Of a stretch of DNA of 64,000 nt, positions 60,579 through 64,000 are shown piece by piece. A model generated the notes under the pieces. It had not been told where the DNA came from and did not search any database. It was given only the letters and a program-made list of their open reading frames with translations. A program made the translations under genes and the position numbers. Position 1 is the first letter of the stretch; every line of letters begins with the position of its first letter. This DNA comes from Gammaproteobacteria bacterium (lineage in GTDB: Bacteria; Pseudomonadota; Gammaproteobacteria; UBA4575), in the NCBI GenBank assembly GCA_965222615.1, contig CBDCUI010000009.1:960001-1024000 (forward strand), given 5' to 3'.

Positions 60579-60724
60579 GGGAAGCTCTGATTTATTAATG
60601 AAATGGCTGAGATGAGGCAAAAAGATTTTGAGAAAACGGAGTGTATATAGGAATACATGAGTATTTCGAAAAATCTTTTTAACGCCATAATCATTCAACT
60701 AGGGCAGGATAAATCAGAGTTCCC
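60579..60724. mobile_element. 146-bp MITE with TTA target duplication
   Basis: TIRs GGGAAGCTCTGATTTAT / ATAAATCAGAGTTCCC, TTA at 60576-78 and 60725-27, internal palindromy (AAAAGATTTT...AAAATCTTTT). Confidence 0.8.
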
Positions 60725-60753
60725 TTAGTTTATAAGTCGCATTATAATCAAGT

Positions 60754-60785
60754 AACGGTGGCCTAACGCCACCGTTTTTGTTTTC
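60754..60785 (+). terminator. intrinsic-terminator-like hairpin just upstream of argD
   Basis: AACGGTGGC-CTAAC-GCCACCGTT followed by a T-rich run. Confidence 0.5.
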
Positions 60786-60819
60786 AGCTATACATAATTT
60801 AAGCTCAGAAATATAAGTT

Positions 60820-62028
60820 GTGGAAAATCAAAGTAAATCATTAATGAACACCTATGCCCGCAAACCAATTACCTTTACGCGAGGAGAAGGTGTATGGCTA
60901 TATACCGATACCGAGGCAGATGAAAGATACTTAGATGCACTCTCTGGTATTGCAGTATGTGGCTTAGGACACGCACATCCTGCGGTAGCGGAAGCGATAT
61001 CCAAGCAAGCTACAAAACTGTTACATACTTCTAATATTTATAATATCGCGCTGCAAGAAAAATTAGGGGCTAAACTGTGTCAACTTGCCAATATGGATGC
61101 TGCGTTCTTTTGCAATTCCGGTGCAGAAGCAAACGAAGCCACCATAAAACTCGCCAAGCTATATGGTCATCACAAAAATATAAAAACTCCTTTCATCATC
61201 GTCATGGAAAATAGTTTTCATGGGCGCACCATGGCAACTCTTACAGCAACAGGAAATCGAAAGGCTCATGCCGGATTTGAGCCTTTAGTACCTGGATTTA
61301 TTCGCGTTCCCTATGATGATGTTGAAGCGGTTAGTACTATACTTAACGACAATTCAAATGTCGTTGCAATTTTATTAGAACCCATCCAAGGTGAAGGTGG
61401 AATTAATATTCCTAGTTCTAATTACTTATCGAATATAAAGAAACTTTGTGAACAACATAAAGTTTTAATGATGTTAGACGAAGTGCAAACAGGCAACGGC
61501 CGTACTGGTAAATGGTTTTGTCATCAACATGAAAATGTACAACCGGATGTAATTGCGATTGCTAAAGGTTTGGGGAATGGAGTACCTATTGGTGCATGCT
61601 TAGCAAAAGATCATGTAGCAAAACTTTTTGCACCAGGATCACATGGTTCCACGTTTGGAGGTAATCACCTTGCTTGCAGTGCGAGTTTGGCTACGATTGA
61701 AACTATAGAATCAGAAAACCTATGTGAAAATGCCGCTAAACTTGGTCAATATATGTTAGATAAATTCCGTGCAACATTAGCTTCTTGTGAATATATAAAA
61801 GATATTCGCGGAAAAGGTTTGATGATAGGCATCGAATTGAATACTCCATGCGCTCAACTTGTAGATATCTGCCTAAAACATAAACTATTAATTAATGTGA
61901 CGGCAGAAAATGTAATTCGCTTGCTGCCACCATTAATAATTGAACAAGCCCATGCGGATACAATTGTCGAAATTGTGGTAGCGTGCATAAACGAATTCAC
62001 ACAAACGCTGCAGAATAAGCAGCTTTGA
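60820..62028 (+). CDS. argD: acetylornithine aminotransferase
   Basis: [36 protein letters not shown]. Confidence 0.93.
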   Translation: MENQSKSLMNTYARKPITFTRGEGVWLYTDTEADERYLDALSGIAVCGLGHAHPAVAEAISKQATKLLHTSNIYNIALQEKLGAKLCQLANMDAAFFCNSGAEANEATIKLAKLYGHHKNIKTPFIIVMENSFHGRTMATLTATGNRKAHAGFEPLVPGFIRVPYDDVEAVSTILNDNSNVVAILLEPIQGEGGINIPSSNYLSNIKKLCEQHKVLMMLDEVQTGNGRTGKWFCHQHENVQPDVIAIAKGLGNGVPIGACLAKDHVAKLFAPGSHGSTFGGNHLACSASLATIETIESENLCENAAKLGQYMLDKFRATLASCEYIKDIRGKGLMIGIELNTPCAQLVDICLKHKLLINVTAENVIRLLPPLIIEQAHADTIVEIVVACINEFTQTLQNKQL

Positions 62029-62029
62029 A

Positions 62030-62935
62030 TTGATGAGTACACGTCATTTTTTAACTTTACTCGATTTCTCCCCTGAAGAGCTCAGAGTACTGCTAGCACG
62101 TGCTATTGAGCTTAAAAAGCTTCAACGTCAGGGCAATAATCATACCCCGCTAAAGAACAAGACACTTGCAATGATATTTGATAAATCTTCTACACGTACC
62201 CGAGTATCGTTTGAAGCAGGAATGATTCAATTAGGGGGCCAAGCATTATTTCTTTCGCCACGTGACACACAATTCGGTCGTGGCGAACCCATAAAAGACA
62301 GTGCCCGTGTCTTATCGCGAATGGTCGATGCGATAATGATCAGGACATTTGATCATGCCAGTGTAGAAACCTTTGCGGCACATTCTTCCGTACCAGTAAT
62401 AAATGGTTTAACCGACCTCTATCATCCATGCCAGTTATTAGCTGATATGCAAACTTTTATAGAGCACCGTGGTGACATCAAAGGTGCAACCGTAGCTTGG
62501 ATTGGTGACGGAAACAATATGTGTCATTCCTATATCAATGCTGCAAGACAATTTGAATTTAAGCTGAATATCGCCTGCCCAAAGCAATACTGCCCTGATG
62601 CCGATATCATGAAATCTGCTGGTGATATCGTATGCATGACTACTGAACCTAACACCGCGGTAAAAGATGCAGACTTAGTGGTAACAGATGTATGGGCCAG
62701 CATGGGGCAAGAACAAGAACAAAACGAAAGACAAAAAGTCTTTAACCGCTATCAAGTCAACCAATCTCTACTTAATCAAGCTAGCAAAGATACTCTATTT
62801 ATGCACTGCCTACCTGCACATCGTGGCGAAGAAGTGACTGAAGATGTGCTAGATGGTGCACACAGCGTTGTCTGGGATGAAGCAGAAAATCGGCTACATG
62901 CACAAAAAGCACTTTTAGAAAATTTAATCGGTTAA
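62030..62935 (+). CDS. argF: ornithine carbamoyltransferase
   Basis: [32 protein letters not shown]. Confidence 0.95.
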   Translation: MMSTRHFLTLLDFSPEELRVLLARAIELKKLQRQGNNHTPLKNKTLAMIFDKSSTRTRVSFEAGMIQLGGQALFLSPRDTQFGRGEPIKDSARVLSRMVDAIMIRTFDHASVETFAAHSSVPVINGLTDLYHPCQLLADMQTFIEHRGDIKGATVAWIGDGNNMCHSYINAARQFEFKLNIACPKQYCPDADIMKSAGDIVCMTTEPNTAVKDADLVVTDVWASMGQEQEQNERQKVFNRYQVNQSLLNQASKDTLFMHCLPAHRGEEVTEDVLDGAHSVVWDEAENRLHAQKALLENLIG

Positions 62936-63010
62936 CTTTGCTAATCCATAACTCTTGAAATTAATTATTGCTGCAATGCTTTCTTGCAGTATGAATTAGC
63001 TCAATAAAAA

Positions 63011-64000
63011 TTATTCAGTAATTATCTTGGTGTTTGGATAAAAAGCTAGCCAGGCAAATGCAAAATGTACGTCACTATCTACCTTTTCTAACTTTGTGCC
63101 TTTTAATTCTCCTTCTAAGGCTTTGCCAAAAATATTCCATACTGAATTCGTTTCTTCATCGACGATTTGATTGTTGACCAGCTTAAAACTCAATTCTTGA
63201 TTAGCCACTCTTCGATCATATGCTGCTGCAGTTAGCATTGAGTTGGACTCTTTAATAACTTTTTTATCCATTGTAGAAACCATGCTTGCCTGGCTTATTA
63301 CAAGAATTTTTTGATCTGCAAAAGTTGAATTAATAAGAGGATGATTTTCTAAGTATGAAAAGGGATAGATTGTAGAGACCATATTCTTTTTTAATGCTAA
63401 TACTCGTTCTAAAGGGGGTAAGCGAAAATCAATTTCGCGCTTAAATAAAAAAGGGATGCCCCCTACATTATCATAGCCTGGGTAAGGCGTTTTGCCGTAA
63501 TAACGTCTAAAACCGGTAGCCTGTGACAATACCAAACCATTTGGGTAACTCGTACTGTAATCTGCAAAAGAAGCAATTTGACTGTTTAGATGTTGCAATG
63601 ATGTGCCAGCAAATTCTCCCACAATGGCATCGCCAGTAAATTGCTGCCACCAAGACTCGGTCTGGCAATCGTACATAATCAAATTACTATCTCGCACTCG
63701 CCCTGTCGTACCAAAATCCAGCACTTCATTGTTCACTTTTCTACTAAAGACAATCGCGGTATTACACAATGGACAATGTGTTACGAACACAGGTTGTTCG
63801 TCGATTTCATCATTTACAATTTCATGATAAAGCAAAATCCGTAATGGATAGGCCTTTGCATACTTTCCAATAGTTAATACAACTACTGGTTCACGTGGAT
63901 CTAAAAATTTTCGCGCTTGCGCAATGGATATAAATGCGGGCTTGTCAATTGGTTTGATACCATCTCGTGGCGGACCACCGGAATAAATCTCAGATGGTGA
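63011..64000 (-). CDS. DUF3179-family protein (5' end outside window)
   Basis: Frame stays open to the window edge: SGGPPRDGI...AYPLRILLYHEIVND, THCPLC, SNLIMYD, WLAFYP. Confidence 0.85.
   Translation of the reverse strand, partial: SPSEIYSGGPPRDGIKPIDKPAFISIAQARKFLDPREPVVVLTIGKYAKAYPLRILLYHEIVNDEIDEQPVFVTHCPLCNTAIVFSRKVNNEVLDFGTTGRVRDSNLIMYDCQTESWWQQFTGDAIVGEFAGTSLQHLNSQIASFADYSTSYPNGLVLSQATGFRRYYGKTPYPGYDNVGGIPFLFKREIDFRLPPLERVLALKKNMVSTIYPFSYLENHPLINSTFADQKILVISQASMVSTMDKKVIKESNSMLTAAAYDRRVANQELSFKLVNNQIVDEETNSVWNIFGKALEGELKGTKLEKVDSDVHFAFAWLAFYPNTKIITE

Noticed and set aside
3133-63844. Many short antisense or alternate-frame ORFs in the track (e.g. 4869-5186, 10736-11107, 20543-20914, 56929-57324, 60088-60477)
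   Set aside because: They overlap well-supported genes and lack motifs; treated as shadow ORFs
63011-64000. DUF3179 as a selenoprotein
   Set aside because: The motif is encoded as CPLC with Cys codons; no in-frame TGA in the visible part
1-64000. CRISPR array, tRNA, rRNA or prophage
   Set aside because: No regularly spaced repeats, RNA-gene signatures or phage genes seen on reading

Overview
Chromosomal window from an AT-rich gammaproteobacterium. It is dominated by conserved housekeeping blocks: galU-comEA, the pyrF-lapB-lapA-ihfB-rpsA-cmk-aroA-tyrA-pheA...serC-gyrA superoperon, mtnA/mtaD-ubiG-gph-rmuC-cysC-yciK, rluB...scpBA-trpS-yciO, ispZ-yciI-PPIase, folE, mlaA, argG, rnt, grxD and argDF. 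Three accessory zones interrupt it. (i) 1-4051 holds small hypothetical genes and an intact IS110-family (IS1111-type) element at 817-2206. (ii) A ~12 kb nucleotide-sugar/polysaccharide island separates serC from pheA. (iii) A ~7 kb island separates scpB from rluB and carries an alpha/beta hydrolase, an orphan molybdopterin oxidoreductase, a lipoprotein and two IS481 elements. The strongest signal is the IS1111 downstream non-coding region. Read by eye, it folds into two loops whose unpaired segments match the reconstructed target site (AATGTCCG and AATAGCG) and the circle junction (ACCAT and ATATAC), which identifies a bridge/seekRNA. Its guides point at a palindromic repeat family (AATGTCCGCT...AGCGGACATT) that also brackets a small gene elsewhere in the window. 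Also found: a TTA-flanked MITE family whose ends coincide with stop codons, an IS481 inserted in a REP-like hairpin with a 5-bp TSD, and two unannotated small ORFs. All calls come from motif recognition by eye; no searches or folding programs were run.
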